Source: Octopus vulgaris (taxonomy: Eukaryota). From it: a DNA stretch of 64,000 bases. The DNA is taken from positions 125,612,001 through 125,676,000 of the forward strand of contig OX597818.1 in NCBI GenBank assembly GCA_951406725.2, in the 5' to 3' direction. Below, in pieces: positions 1-14,290 of the stretch (position 1 is its first letter; each line of letters begins with the position of its first letter). The notes beneath the pieces are model-generated. The model worked only from the letters and a program-made list of their open reading frames with translations, did no database searches and had not been told where the DNA came from. Both the position numbers and the translations under genes were made by a program.

Positions 1-440
1 GAAAAATCAATATTCTGGTCCCTATACTGTTTACTTATTGACTGCAAACCACAACTGACACAGAAAAGAATCAGGTTTTTAAAACCCTGAGGACCTCGGG
101 CAAATGTCAAGTGTGCCGATGCTTTAAGACAACATTGTGATGTTGGCCATTAATGTATATATGAGTCCTAAACTACATTGATACGTTAAACATTAGGTAA
201 GTTACCGAATGCCTATCAAGGGAGAGAGAGAGGGAGGGAGAGAGAGGGAGAGACAGGGAGGGAGAGATATATAGAGAGAGAAGGAATGAGAGAGCAGAAG
301 ATGGATTTGCAAGGGTTAAGTATTGAGATTGGTAACAATATCACTTGCAAAGTGATTCGTACAGAGTTCGAGTTATATCAATGGAAGAAATTGAAAAAAA
401 TTTTCGTTGCAAATTGGTGTTAATAAAGATTATTCCCACT

Positions 441-970
441 ATGTATGTATGTATGTATGTATGTATGTATGTATGTATGTATGTATGTATGTATGTATGT
501 ATGTATGTATGTATGTATGTATGCATGCATGCATGCATGTTTGTATGCATGTATGTATGTATGCATGCATGCATGTATGTATGTATGCATGTATGTATGC
601 ATGCATGCATGCATGTATGTATGCATGCATGCATGCATGCATGCATGCATGCATGTATGTATGTATGTATGTATGTATGTATGTATGCATGCATGCATGT
701 TTGTATGCATGTATGTATGTATGCATGCATGCATGTATGTATGTATACATGCATGTATGTATGCATGCATGCATGCATGTATGTATGCATGCATGCATGT
801 ATGTATGTATGTATGTATGTATGCATGCATGCATGCATGTATGTATGCATGTATGTATGTATGTGTGTATGCATGCATGTATGCATGTATGTATGTATGT
901 ATGTATATATGCATGTATGTATGTATTCATATATGTATGTATGCCTGCATGTATGCATGCATGTATGTAT
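441..970. repeat. Compound (TATG)n/(CATG)n microsatellite, followed by (CA)n and (TA)n
   Basis: Direct reading. It produces the spurious MYVC/MHAC/HTYI ORFs. Confidence 0.95.
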
Positions 971-996
971 CTGCCAAATCTGTGTACATAAATACA

Positions 997-1066
<70 letters not shown>

Positions 1067-1505
1067 CATACATATGTATAAAACAAAAAGAAATAGAGAA
1101 AGACAGAGAGGGTGAGAGGAAGAAAAGAGGGTGTGACACATGTATAGATAAATATTTATGTGATGTAAAAATAGTATGACATAGATACATACATATATAC
1201 ATGAATATATAGCGATATATCCCTAACACCATTTTCAAAATACACACATCTGTCCGGTTAAGTAATCAAAATTTCTGTACGCCAAAGCCACGGACTACAT
1301 ACATACATACATACATACATACATACATACATACATACATACATACATACATACATACATACGTGTACTTTACACATATGTAAGCATTTATACATATACA
1401 TATATATATATATGTATATTGTATATAGTTTATATATATATCTACACATATACATATATACGGATATATATATTTATATCTATATATCTATTTTAAAATA
1501 TATAT

Positions 1506-1550
<45 letters not shown>

Positions 1551-1856
1551 TATATATATATCAAATAAAACACACTGGTAGAGTGACACGTGTCAGTGCG
1601 TGTACTGCACGTATATACATACATATACATACATGACTATATTAGTCACAGATTATTTACACTAGTAAACCAACACTTAATTAGAAATACAATATACTGG
1701 CAAATATAAATGAAATCTAAACTACACACACACGCGCGCATACATACACGCACACACTCACGTAACTATATATTTATATTTACCTATATATATATACATA
1801 CATACATATATATATATAAATATATATATATACATACATGCATATATATATTATAT

Positions 1857-1929
<73 letters not shown>

Positions 1930-1952
1930 CATACATATATACATATATATAT

Positions 1953-2025
<73 letters not shown>

Positions 2026-2304
2026 TATATGTGCGTGTTCTGTATGCTATGACAGTGGGGATGGGTGGAAAGTGGCACATACTTTAAATAAATTACTTTA
2101 TTGAGATGTTTTTTTTTATGTAAAGCTTTGTGTCATAACTTGACAGTTTTATAACCGCATTTTACGATTTATATATATATTCCCTTCTCTTTCAATGCAT
2201 CTTATATTTCTTCAAATATACATACATACTAAATACATACTTAATATATACATACTAAATACATACATACATACATACATACATACATACATACATACAT
2301 ACAT

Positions 2305-2412
2305 GCAAACATACCCTGTTGTTGATGTTTAAAGTCCAATGAAGGACCCTTGGATCTAGGTTAGAAAACGGCTTTCGCTCCATTGGCAAAAAAATCTTGA
2401 AATAAAACTGAA
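2305..2412 (-). repeat. ~105-bp dispersed element beside (CATA)n, copy 1
   Basis: Reverse complement of 8826-8930 and 10278-10380 (TTCAGTTTATTTCAAGA...TTTCTAACCTAGATCC...ACATCAACA). Confidence 0.8.
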
Positions 2413-2524
2413 TAATTACATACGTACACACACACACACATAGTTATATATATATATGTATATATAAATATATAAATACATATATTTATATACATGTATA
2501 TATGTGTATATGTGTCTATATGTG

Positions 2525-2598
<74 letters not shown>

Positions 2599-2898
2599 TA
2601 TATGTACATATATATAAATATAAATCTATATATAAATATATAAATACATATATATATATTTATGTATATATGTGTATATGTGTCTATATGTGTATATGTA
2701 TATATATATATATATAAATGCGTATATATATATACATATATAAATACATTCATATATATATATATATGTATATATAAATATGTGTATATATATACATATA
2801 TAAATACATTCATATATATATATATATATATATTTGTATATATATATATAAATATATATGTATGTAACTATATATGTATGTATGTATATATGTATATA

Positions 2899-3463
2899 TT
2901 GGGTTGTTCGGAAAGTTCGTGCCGATTTATAGCAGCTTAACTTTCGATTTATTTGAGAACATGGTTGAGTTCATAAAATAGGATTTGACTACACCCCCGT
3001 TTAGAGCACAGTTTAAGCTATCTTTTCGTGGAAGAAGGTTTATGTTCCTATAACCTGTGTTAATTCTGTAACCCTTTAAAATGGAAGATAAGTAAGTTCA
3101 TTTTCGGCACTTGATGCCTTGGGAACCAAACAAAAATTGCTGCTGCTCAGCTGGGATGTGTTTCCCCACCCTCCATATTCACCAGATATTGCTCCTTCGG
3201 ATTTCCACTTATTCAGGTCTCTGCAGAATAGTCTTAATGGTAAAAATTTCAATTCCTTGGATGACGTAAAAAGATACCTTGATGAATTCTTTGCCATGAA
3301 ACTACCTCAATTCTGGGAAGAGGGTATTTTCAAGTTTAAGGAAAGATGGAGACGCATCGTGCAACAAAATGGTTCATATTTGGTTGATTAAAAATGTAAT
3401 GGCAAGTATTTATTGACTTTTTCTTTCCATTAAAAATTGGCGCGAACTTTCAGGTCAACCCAA
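2899..3463 (+). mobile_element. Internally deleted mariner (Tc1/mariner) DNA transposon
   Basis: TIRs TTGGGTTGTTCGGAAAGTTCGTGCCGATTT / AAATTGGCGCGAACTTTCAGGTCAACCCAA flanked by TA. ORF 3119-3391 has the mariner motif HPPYSPDIAPSDFHLF and GIFKFKERW. Confidence 0.92.
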
Positions 3464-3527
<64 letters not shown>

Positions 3528-3685
3528 GAATGCATGAATAAAGAGTAATCGTATACCTATCTATCTATGAATGAACAGAGTCTCTTGAATGGTGCTGAAA
3601 TAAAAGGATCATCCCATATTCTACAACTTGGTATGTTTTTCACCGAATTAAATCCTGAAGCTTTACTTAATCTGATGAAAACAGT

Positions 3686-3740
<55 letters not shown>

Positions 3741-3778
3741 GAAAGAAGGTATGAAAATGCAATTTAAAAGATGTTTAT

Positions 3779-3823
3779 TTACTTAACCGGTTTCACTCTT
3801 TGGAAAAAGATTGTCAAAAGTAA
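3779..3823 (-). ncRNA. Minimal type-I hammerhead ribozyme, U3-A8 core
   Basis: Minus strand: TTACTT-TTGACAA-TCTTTTTCCAAAGAGT-GAA-ACCGGT-T-AAGTAA. Stem I is 6 bp, stem III is the palindrome ACCGGT, and the site is GUU. Confidence 0.7.
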
Positions 3824-3827
3824 CATA

Positions 3828-4389
3828 TGGAAGTTTGGTTGCGTTAATTACTGGTTGTTGCAAATTGCCACATTACATGTATATATACAGTCTTTGGTAA
3901 CAGGGACATGTTAAGGACATAAAAAAGTACAACAGTATGATGAGAATATCTGAAAAAATGGGCAGAAAAGATTAAAACAAATATATTATACATCTCAGGG
4001 TAATTTCCAGGATGAAATATCAAAAAAAGTTCAGTACAGAATATTATGAATTCAAAAAAATTTACATAATTGCCACATAACATGTATATATACAGTTTTT
4101 GGTAACAGGGACATGTTAAGGACGTAAAAAAGTACAACAGTATGATGAGAATATTTGAAAAAATGGGCAGAAAAGAATAAAACAAATATATTATTGGAAG
4201 TTTGGTTGCGTTAATTATTGGTTGTTGCAAATTGCCACATTACATGTATATATACAGTCTTTGGTAACAGGGACATGTTAAGAACATAAAAAGTACAACA
4301 GTATGATGAGAATATGTGAAAAAATGGGCAGAAAAGATTAAAACAAATATATTATACATCAGAGTCAGTACAGAATATTATGAATTCAA
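3828..4389. repeat. Imperfect tandem repeat (three copies of a ~125-bp core), probably PLE 3' region
   Basis: AATTGCCACAT...GGTAACAGGGACATGTTAAG...GGGCAGAAAAG recurs at ~3863, ~4068 and ~4230, next to the HHR. Confidence 0.8.
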
Positions 4390-4477
4390 GGCGAGGTTGT
4401 TTACTGACCTGTCCGTTTTAGCAGAAATGTAGAATTGAAAAAGATGTACCCGTTTTTTTCTTTTTTTGGCTTTCCTT

Positions 4478-4530
<53 letters not shown>

Positions 4531-4532
<2 letters not shown>

Positions 4533-4946
4533 CGCAGGAGTGGCTGTGTGGTAAGTAGCTTGTTTACCAACCACATGGTTCCGGGTTCAGTCCCACTGCG
4601 TGGCACCTTGGGCAAGTGTCTTCTACTATAGCCTCGGGCCGACCAAAGCCTTGTGAGTGGATTTGGTAGACGGAACTGAAAGAAGAAGCCCGTTGTATAT
4701 ATGTATATATATATATATGCGTGTGTGTGTTTGTGTGAGTGTGTTTGTCCCCCTAGCATTGCTTGACAACCGATGCTGGTGTGTTTATGTCCCCGTCACT
4801 TAGCGGTTCGGCAAAAGAGACCGATAGAATAAGTACTGGGCTTACAAAAGAATAAGTCCCGGTGTCGAGTTGCTCGATTAAAGGCGGTGCTCCAGCATGG
4901 TCGCAGTCAAATGACTGAAACAAGTAAAAGAGTAAAAGAGTAAAAG
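4531..4946 (+). mobile_element. Full-length tRNA-derived SINE (family A, CORE-like centre) in (TA)n
   Basis: A-box-like TGGCTGTGTGG, B-box GGTTCAGTCC, CACCTTGGGCAAGTG core, tail GGCGGTGCTCCAGCATGG..TGAAACAAG(TAAAAGAG)n. Further copies at 19408 and 45358. Confidence 0.9.
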
Positions 4947-5116
4947 TGTATATATATATATTTATACTTTGGGTATGGTAGATGAGTTCAGCAAAAATTT
5001 AGATTGAGATGAATATGGTACTTAAGTTGAGGTACGAGAATTTAGTACGGTATTATCCATTCCATACAATGTAAGGTGATTAAAATCAAAATAAACAACG
5101 AGGATATCCAGTTATT

Positions 5117-5150
<34 letters not shown>

Positions 5151-5412
5151 CAACGGACTAAAATTCAAAAAAAGGGTAAATAAACAATTGAATTATGCGG
5201 CCGTATATAGCCACAATGAGCAATAATAACAACAATAATATTGATAAATCACAACCACAGCGAAAAATAAAAATAGCGAAATAGATTAAAAATCGAAAAT
5301 TATATTTTGTCTTATACAAAGTCATGTATAGGGATATCATTAATAATGAAATAAAATGAAGCGAGTTGATAATAATTATGACAATGGTGGTAGCATTACT
5401 AATAATAATAAC

Positions 5413-5454
<42 letters not shown>

Positions 5455-5458
<4 letters not shown>

Positions 5459-6029
5459 CCCTGATGCAGTATAATGCCCTGATGCAGTACCAGACAGTGG
5501 CTCTCATGGCTTCTGATCTTAACTGATTGGAAGTGTTATCATGTACATTGTTTTGTCTTGGTATAAAAGATGGGCTACAGCAAATATTCTGCTCAATACC
5601 ACAGATTTGCTTGTCAGTTGTTTGACCTTAACCAGTTGAGCATGTCCCTTAGTGGTTGACGATATGTGCATCTCTGATCACGAGCAGAAGTAGTGGGGGA
5701 GCATCATAGCCATGTGTTGAGAGGGATTCTTTGGGGTTTGAATAGTTCACCTCTGGAAACATGGGTGGTTCTTTCAACATCCTTAAACAACCCTTATTCA
5801 GGGACCGTTTGAGCGGGATGGGCTACTCAACCTGAAGAAAATTCTAACTGGGCCCCACCTGCAAGGTCATGTGCTGTTTATCTTGATATGAGATCACCAT
5901 GTCGCGCACATATGGTTGTGATGCATGTGCCTGGTGTACCTTTATCAGACGGGTAGTCATGATGGGTATATTGGGCTTCGTATATTTTACCCCAGTGTCA
6001 CTTTGATGGCATGAACTGCTCTCTCACTC

Positions 6030-6030
<1 letters not shown>
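5455..6030 (+). mobile_element. ~560-bp non-coding element in (TAA)n (non-autonomous, or 3' part of a Dong-like element)
   Basis: (AAT)n on both sides. Reverse-complement copy at 23561-24115. 18-bp tandem duplication AATGCCCTGATGCAGTA at the 5' end. Confidence 0.8.
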
Positions 6031-6083
<53 letters not shown>

Positions 6084-6607
6084 AGCAAGAACGACAGCAA
6101 TATTAATACAAAAAATATAATTTTAATGATTGCAATCATAATAAAATAATCATAATGAAAATTAATGAAAGTATCAAGTTAAGTAATATATATACGAATG
6201 TAAGAAACGTTGCATATTTTGTCTCGCTACAATAACAGTTCTGAAAATATCTGTCCTTTCGCTCGTTTTCCCTATTCTATGTCACGTATATTTTAGATTA
6301 TTAGCATAAGTGCAGACAATCAAACACACAAATACACATACTCTTTCTTTCTCTCTCCCTCTCTCTCTTTCACAATACAAAAGCCCTCCACACACACAAA
6401 TAACAAAAGCGTACATCTCTGCATTAAAGTATATTCCTTTCTCTCATCTCACGCTGTTTCTGCTTTTCATTCTTTCACAGAAATTTCTCTGCAAATGTCA
6501 CATACTTTTTACTCTTTGATGTGTTATATTTCTGTAATATGTAGATGTGTATGCGCACGCACGCGCGTGTGTGTATATCTGTTTGCGTGCGTGCATTTGT
6601 GTGTGTG

Positions 6608-6659
<52 letters not shown>

Positions 6660-6661
<2 letters not shown>

Positions 6662-6887
6662 GGAGTAAACACATAAATGTGAAACAAGGTGGAAAAAGAG
6701 TACTCGAATACCAGTGGTAGAGTAATATGCTTTATTTAAGCAGCAGAAAATTTAACAAAGCCTGTTACTCTGAGTTTCACGTTCCCGTTCGTCGGTTTTA
6801 TTCTAGCAAAAACTGTCCGACGAACGGGAACGTGAAACTCAGAGTAACAGGTTTTGTTGAATTTTCTGCTGCTTAAATAAAGTATAT
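6660..6887. mobile_element. PLE-type remnant with inverted repeat (arms ~6727-6795 / 6817-6887) in (TA)n
   Basis: The arms are reverse complements and contain an HHR. Confidence 0.75.
6807..6857 (+). ncRNA. Minimal type-I hammerhead-like motif with U4C core (CCGACGA)
   Basis: CTGT-CCGACGA-ACG GGAA CGT-GAA-ACTCAGAGT-A-ACAG. Stems I, II and III all pair, site GUA. The C4 variant is in both arms. Confidence 0.65.
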
Positions 6888-7102
6888 ATATATATAGTCA
6901 TACATTATGCATAAAATGTGCATGTACATATATATGTATGTGGGTGCGCGCGCGAGTGTGTATTATATATGTCGAGAGTTAGATAGATAGATAGATAAAT
7001 ACATGCATACACACACCTATACATATGGGTGAGAGTATAATCGTATATCTATATATATATAAATGTTGTATGAGTGTGTGTGTGTGTGTGTGTCTGTATG
7101 CA

Positions 7103-7159
<57 letters not shown>

Positions 7160-7459
7160 TTATACATACATATAGGTATGTTTGAGTGTTTCAATATTCA
7201 TCTATTTTAAGCATTCTTCAGTTGTCATTCTGATTTGCAACTACTTCATGCTTTCTTCCGACTATCTCCCCCGATCGCCATGCATTCACTTAAACACGTA
7301 CCCTCAATTTATCTCTTCCATTGAACTTTAGATACCTTAATTCAAACGTATCTTGCGCTTGCCTTTCCTTACTGCACGCAACAAACATTGCCCACTGCAC
7401 AGCCTCGCAACAAATATATTCTGTTTGTAAATAAATAAGCAAATAAATAAATAAATAAA

Positions 7460-7595
7460 TAGGTACACGGGTGGCTATGTGATTTAAGAAGTTCGCATTG
7501 CACCTACGATATTTTGGGTTCAGTCCCATTGTGCGGCACTTGGGGCATGTGTCTTCTACTGTAGCTCCCGGCTGACCAATGCCTTGTGAGTGAAT
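7460..7595 (+). mobile_element. SINE family A, 5' fragment
   Basis: GGGTTCAGTCCCATTGTGCGGCACTTGGGGCATGTGTCTTCTACT matches the 4531 copy. Confidence 0.75.
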
Positions 7596-7602
7596 TTCGA
7601 AT

Positions 7603-8115
<513 letters not shown>

Positions 8116-8825
8116 TTGCATTATCTTGCAGCTGCGAAATTTCGATGGTTTTATGCTTAGAATGACTTTGTAGAATAGGTGTAGAGGCTGGATCTCACCT
8201 GTTTGAATATAAAATATTCGAGCCTGATATGATCGAATTAAATGTTAAAGAGTTAACTGAGCAAAAGTCAAAATATTAATTCAATATTGATTAATATAAT
8301 TTGATTAATGCGATCGAATCTCATAATGATCAATAAATTAATACTTGGAATTATTTGCAGCATTATTTGTCATTTCAATAAAATTTTCAAATATCTCCCC
8401 TTCATGTTCTATGAATTTTTATGATCAATTTAATTAAAATTCTGCGAAATTAACGAAGCTAATTAATTAATTTCAATCGTTTACTAATTATTCCCATCCA
8501 TGGCGCCACCACCACTAACAAGTTAAAACGCTCGGTACAGCTTATGTAATATAATTCATCAAGATCCACCATTTTCTCTCTAGGAATACAATAAAAAGTC
8601 TTAAAACTCGATATTAAATGTAAGCGTAAAACTGTCGTTATGTCATTGTTACCGATGCTGCTACGCCTTTAGTTCCAAATTCTACAGTAATGTAATTTTC
8701 AAAACTGTTTTAATAAGGCTATCATACAATGCTTCGTTCAAAATGCATCGCTATAATAATGTAATGTCAGTGTGTATGTATGTATGTATGTATGTATGTA
8801 TGTATGTATGTATGTATGTATGCCG

Positions 8826-8930
8826 TTTTTCAGTTTATTTCAAGATTGCTAGCCAATAGAGAAAGAGCCGGTTTCTAACATAGACCCAAGGCTCTTTCAT
8901 TAGAATTTCAACATCAACAAAGTATTTTTG
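8826..8930 (+). repeat. ~105-bp (TATG)n-embedded element, copy 2
   Basis: Matches 10278-10380 and the reverse complement of 2305-2412. Confidence 0.8.
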
Positions 8931-9000
8931 CATGTATGTATGTATGTATGTATGCATGTGTGTGTGTGTATGTATGTATGCATGTGTGTGTGTGTGTGTG

Positions 9001-9042
<42 letters not shown>

Positions 9043-9280
9043 TGTATGTGTCTATATTTCCATGATTCTCAAATTTCCAATATTACATACATAGCATGTC
9101 CGTCTTTACGTTCTGTGTTCAAATTCCGCTGGGGTCGACTTTGCCTTCTACTCTTTCGAGGTTGGTAAAATAAGCAACACACATCTGTATTCATGCATGC
9201 ACGTATGTGTGTACGTGAGCGTGTATACTTGTATGTACACATAACAGACATAGGAATATATGAATATGTATAAATGTGTG

Positions 9281-9628
9281 TGGAAGCGCAATGGACCAGT
9301 GGTTAGGGTAGCAGACTCGTGGTTTCAATACCCAGACAGGGCGAAAACAACTAAAGCTCCACGAGGCTCCTGCAAGGGGTGGTAGCGAACTCTGTTGTAC
9401 TCTTTCACCACAACTTTCTCTCACTCTTTCTTCCTGTTTCTGTTGTACCTGTATTTCAAAGGGCCAGCCTTATCACACTCTGTGTCACGCTGAATCTCCC
9501 CGAGAACTACGTTAAGGGTACATGTAACCGTGGAGTGCTCAGCCACTTGCACGTTGATTTCACGAGCTGGCTGTTCCGTTGATCACATCAACTGGAACTC
9601 TGCTCGTCGTAACCGACGGAGTGCCACG
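9281..9628 (+). mobile_element. tRNA-derived SINE family C (internal deletions)
   Basis: TGGAAGCGCAATGGACCAGTGGTTAGGG...CGTCGTAACCGACGGAGTGC aligns with 57291-57655. Confidence 0.85.
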
Positions 9629-10128
9629 AATGTGTCCGAGTGTGTCAATGTGTTCAAGACACCTATATGTGCGCGAGTGTCACACAAAACATGGTAGCAA
9701 AAAATATGGAGGATATACAAAAAAAGTTTAAAATAATTTGCTAATGTCAACAAACTCAGCATTTCATAGAGTAAAACAGAACAAATATATATTATGTGCT
9801 TTCTTTGAGGTTTCCAAAATATAACAGCTGAATATCATTTTAATGAAAACAAACGGAGAGAAGGAGACACAGTTTTCTTTTACTTGTTTCTGTTATTTGG
9901 ATAGTGTTTAAAGCGAGAGACTGCTTTTCTTTTTTCTGTTCCCTGTTGGATATATGTATGTATTTTGTTACGTATGCATGTATGTATATGTATGTATGTA
10001 TATACGTATGTATGTATATATGTACGTATGTATGTATGTATGTATGTATGTATGTATGTATGTATGTATGTATGTATGTATGTATCTGCGTATGTATGTA
10101 TTTATATATGTACGTGTGTATCTATGTA

Positions 10129-10175
<47 letters not shown>

Positions 10176-10277
10176 GAATGTATGTGCGAATGTTTGTATG
10201 ACTGTATGTATGTATGAATGTATTCTTATATTTTTGTATGTATGTTTGTATGTATGTATGAATGTATGTATTTCAAT

Positions 10278-10380
10278 ATTCAGTTTATTTCAAGATTTCT
10301 TGCCAATAGAGAAAGAACCAGTTTCTAACCTAGATCCGATGTTCCTTCATTGGAATTTCAACATCAACAGGGTATTTTTG
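10278..10380 (+). repeat. ~105-bp (TATG)n-embedded element, copy 3
   Basis: See the other two copies. Confidence 0.8.
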
Positions 10381-10459
10381 TATGTATGTATGTATGTATG
10401 TATGTATGTATGTATGTATGTATGTATGTATGTATGTATGTATGTATGTATGTATGTAT

Positions 10460-11787
10460 TCTCTTGGATATAGACATACTCATATATATTTAATAAGCTT
10501 CTGGAAAGTTTTACAGATTTTTATACTTCCAGTGACGGATTGGATCTGTAGTCTTCGAATTACCTTTCTCCTTTCTGGGTATGAGAAGTCTAATTTCTCA
10601 AGATTGGTATTTAGGCAGTGTGTTACATACGCTAGAGCCCCAATGATTACAGGTTGTAATTTGGGTAGAGTAACTGCAGATTTCTTAATAGTTCAGCATA
10701 GTTGTTATCTTTTTCACTGATCTTCAGCTTTATGCTAACATCCGCTGGGCAGCTAATTTCCATAACTGTGCACAGTTTCACTTCTCTATCCCAAATCATT
10801 ATATCAGGTCAGTTGTGCTTATATTTTAATGAGGTCTTCACTGGTACATTGCACCAGTATTCATTTTCTCTAAGAGTGGCTCTGGCTTCTACCATATTAT
10901 GGATTCTTATTTCTTTGTCCTCGGAGTTATCCTTCCAACAGATTTCTTTATAGAGTGTCCTAGTTACAACATCATGTCTCATTCGTAAATAATACCGTTA
11001 TAACATTTTCAGACAACTGCTTATGATGTGGGTGATATCGTCAGTGTGAACTACACAGAGTCTGCATAGATTGTCACATTTTACGGCTTTTCCTGCATCT
11101 CTATCCATTTTATACATCAGGTACTTGGTTGATATTTCCCGTGTCTGGATTGCAAACTCATACCCTTCAAAGTGGGAGGTAGTAATCCGGCTATTGGTCC
11201 ATGATAAACTGCATTGATGATCGATGTTACTATCATCACGGAGCTTTCTATCCGTGCATAGTCTTCTGCTCATATAGGTTCGTCTTTTTATCTGATGATC
11301 CGTTACGGTAGAGTCGTGCAACTTTTTTGGCCATGAATTCTAGGTTATCAGACAAAGAGTGTTACTCAAGGAACTGCCTTCCAAGTCTTATGATGTTATC
11401 AGCCTCATGCATGCAAACTTGGTCAAGGGATGTACTTCGACACTTGGTGGTTAAAAGATGTTACCGAAGGGATATGATGCGACACTCAAAAGCATTTTGG
11501 ATCGATGTGGAGCCTCTGCCGCCTTGTCTACGTTTTAGGTAGGGGGGGGGTCTACGTCACTGATTATGTGGAAATTATTTGTGCTTGTTAGTATTTTTCG
11601 GGTTTTCATATCAATGGCTTGGATCTCATCAAGCGTCCAATCAAGCAGCCCAAATGTTGGTATGAGTACTGGCACTGCAAACACATTGTGGGCCACTCTT
11701 GTATTGAATGCAGAGAATTCCGAGGTCCAAATTTTCTTTATTCGGCTGTAATATTCTTTAGTCACACGTGTTTTGTTACAGGTGTCG
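10460..11787 (-). mobile_element. Decayed R4/Dong-like RLE non-LTR retrotransposon fragment between (TATG)n tracts
   Basis: ORF pieces EYYSRIKKIWTSEFSAFN..FAVPVLIPTFGLLDW and EGYEFAIQ..CRLC..DITHIISSC (CCHC knuckle). Frameshifted. Confidence 0.85.
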
Positions 11788-12214
11788 TATGTATGTATGT
11801 ATGTATGTATGTATGTATGTATGTATGTATGTATGTATGTATGTATGTATGTATGTATGTATGTATGTATTTATGTATGTATGTATGCATGCATCATGAA
11901 TGTATGAATCTGTATGTATATATGTATGGATGTATAATTAATGCATGTAGGAATGTATGTAAAATGTTTTTATGTATGAATGTATGCATGTATGTATAAG
12001 TTTGTATGTACATATATATGTGTGTTTGTGTATGTGTGTGTGTGCGTATTTTTTCCCTTGTATATTATATGTGTGCGTAGATAAATATACATATTTAAAG
12101 ATATCCACATGCATCCATATTGGCATATATAAATTTATATATAATTTATGTTTGTCTCTCTCTGTCTCTGTCTGTCTGTGTGTGTGTCTCTCTCCCCCTC
12201 TCTCTCACTCTATA

Positions 12215-12620
<406 letters not shown>

Positions 12621-12627
12621 ATTTGTA

Positions 12628-13536
12628 CGCGGTCTGATGAATAAGTATCCGGACTGTTACCATAGTAACGAAGCTAAAGCATGCAGAGCAAAACCGCTTG
12701 GCATAGATTGACCTTGAACTCTGCTATGCATGTGCACTAAGTTTTAATGTTCTAGCTCACTTCTGCTGTTTACAGCAGTGCTTGGAAGGAGGGTGTGTAG
12801 CGTGTGACCGTCGGATTGACCGTGACAGAGAAAGCTGTCATGGTGGTAACAGCTCAGAGGTCTATGCAAAGTTTCAGAAATTTATGGAGAGGAATGTATG
12901 AGCTGCTCACAAGTGTACGAGTGGCTCAGATGTTTCTAGATGGCCGAAAAATGTCGATACTGACGAACGATCTAGGAGACCCGCAAGCCGCAGGACTGAG
13001 TAAAATATTGAAGATGTGCGTGCAGCTGTGAGGGGAAATAGTCGAATCACCATCCATGAGTTATCAGAGGATGTGCAGATTAGCTACGGTTCAGTTCAGT
13101 CCGTTATCACTGAACATTTGGGTATGAGACGCGTGTCTGCAAAGTTTGTGTCAAAATTGCTTTCATCTGGTCAAAAAGACACCCGGGTTTTAGTTGCACA
13201 TCTCCTTGATTCTGTCAAGAACGATGAAAACTTTTTGAAAACTTTTTGTAGGCCTCTGAGCAGGTATCGCCAAGCTTTGATCCTCTGCATCAAAGGTATC
13301 GCCAAAATTTGATGCTGATTCTCTGCTCAACTTTCTGTGCTATGGTCAATCCGATAACCACACGCTACACACGTTCCTTCCAAGCATTGCTGTAAACAGT
13401 GGAAGTGAGCTAGAAAGTTAAACTTAGTGCGCATGCACAGTAGAATTCAAGGTCAATCTGTGCCAAGCGGCTTCACTCTGCATGCTTTAGCTTCGCTACT
13501 ATAGCAACAGTTCAGATACTTATTAATAAGACCACG
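12628..13536 (+). mobile_element. Mariner-derived non-autonomous element with ~210-bp TIRs
   Basis: 12628-12838 is the imperfect reverse complement of ~13327-13536. Interior encodes the mariner HTH region (RITIHELSEDVQISYGSVQSVITEHLGMRRVSAKFV). Confidence 0.88.
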
Positions 13537-13984
13537 AATATACGTTCATCAATTCATCCATCCATCCACCCATACATACACACATGTTGTCATATATACA
13601 TACATGTGGGATATTGAATGCCGTTAGATTTGGAACGAAGTATAACATATGTGATATGATTTACTTTCTACTTGTGACTTACTATTTCACCTAGTTCTAA
13701 AGTGAAAAATATAAGTTTACTCGTATTGACGAAAAGTTATATGATACCGATATATACACAGTCACACACAAAGCTAGTATGATGCATACATATATACATA
13801 CATGCATACATACATACATACATACATACATACATACATACATACATACATACATACATACATACATACACACACATACGCATACATACATACATGTATA
13901 CATACGGACATACGTATATGCATGTATACATATACACATACATACACGCAGACAAATATCTATACATGAAAGCGCGTACGTTTG

Positions 13985-14018
<34 letters not shown>

Positions 14019-14065
14019 TGTATGTATGTATGTATGTATGTATGTATGTATGTATACATACATAC

Positions 14066-14116
<51 letters not shown>

Positions 14117-14136
14117 CATATGTGCGTGTGTGTGTT

Positions 14137-14176
<40 letters not shown>

Positions 14177-14180
<4 letters not shown>

Positions 14181-14290
14181 ATTTTATAGAAGGAGCTTCT
14201 ACAGGACTAGAACTGTTTCATTCCGATGAAATCTCTGCTATATATTGAGTACCTTATTCACTGTGGTTAACCCCGACTCAACCCGGGACC

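Noticed and set aside
1-205. Coding exon ending at AG|GTAAGT (196)
   Set aside because: All three forward frames have stops and no good acceptor was found.
341-2940. Long ORFs of [12 protein letters not shown] repeats (and similar ones throughout the window)
   Set aside because: Stop-free translations of microsatellites, open in several frames and on both strands.
12634-12660. CTGATGA motif
   Set aside because: Part of the mariner TIR, with no HHR stems.
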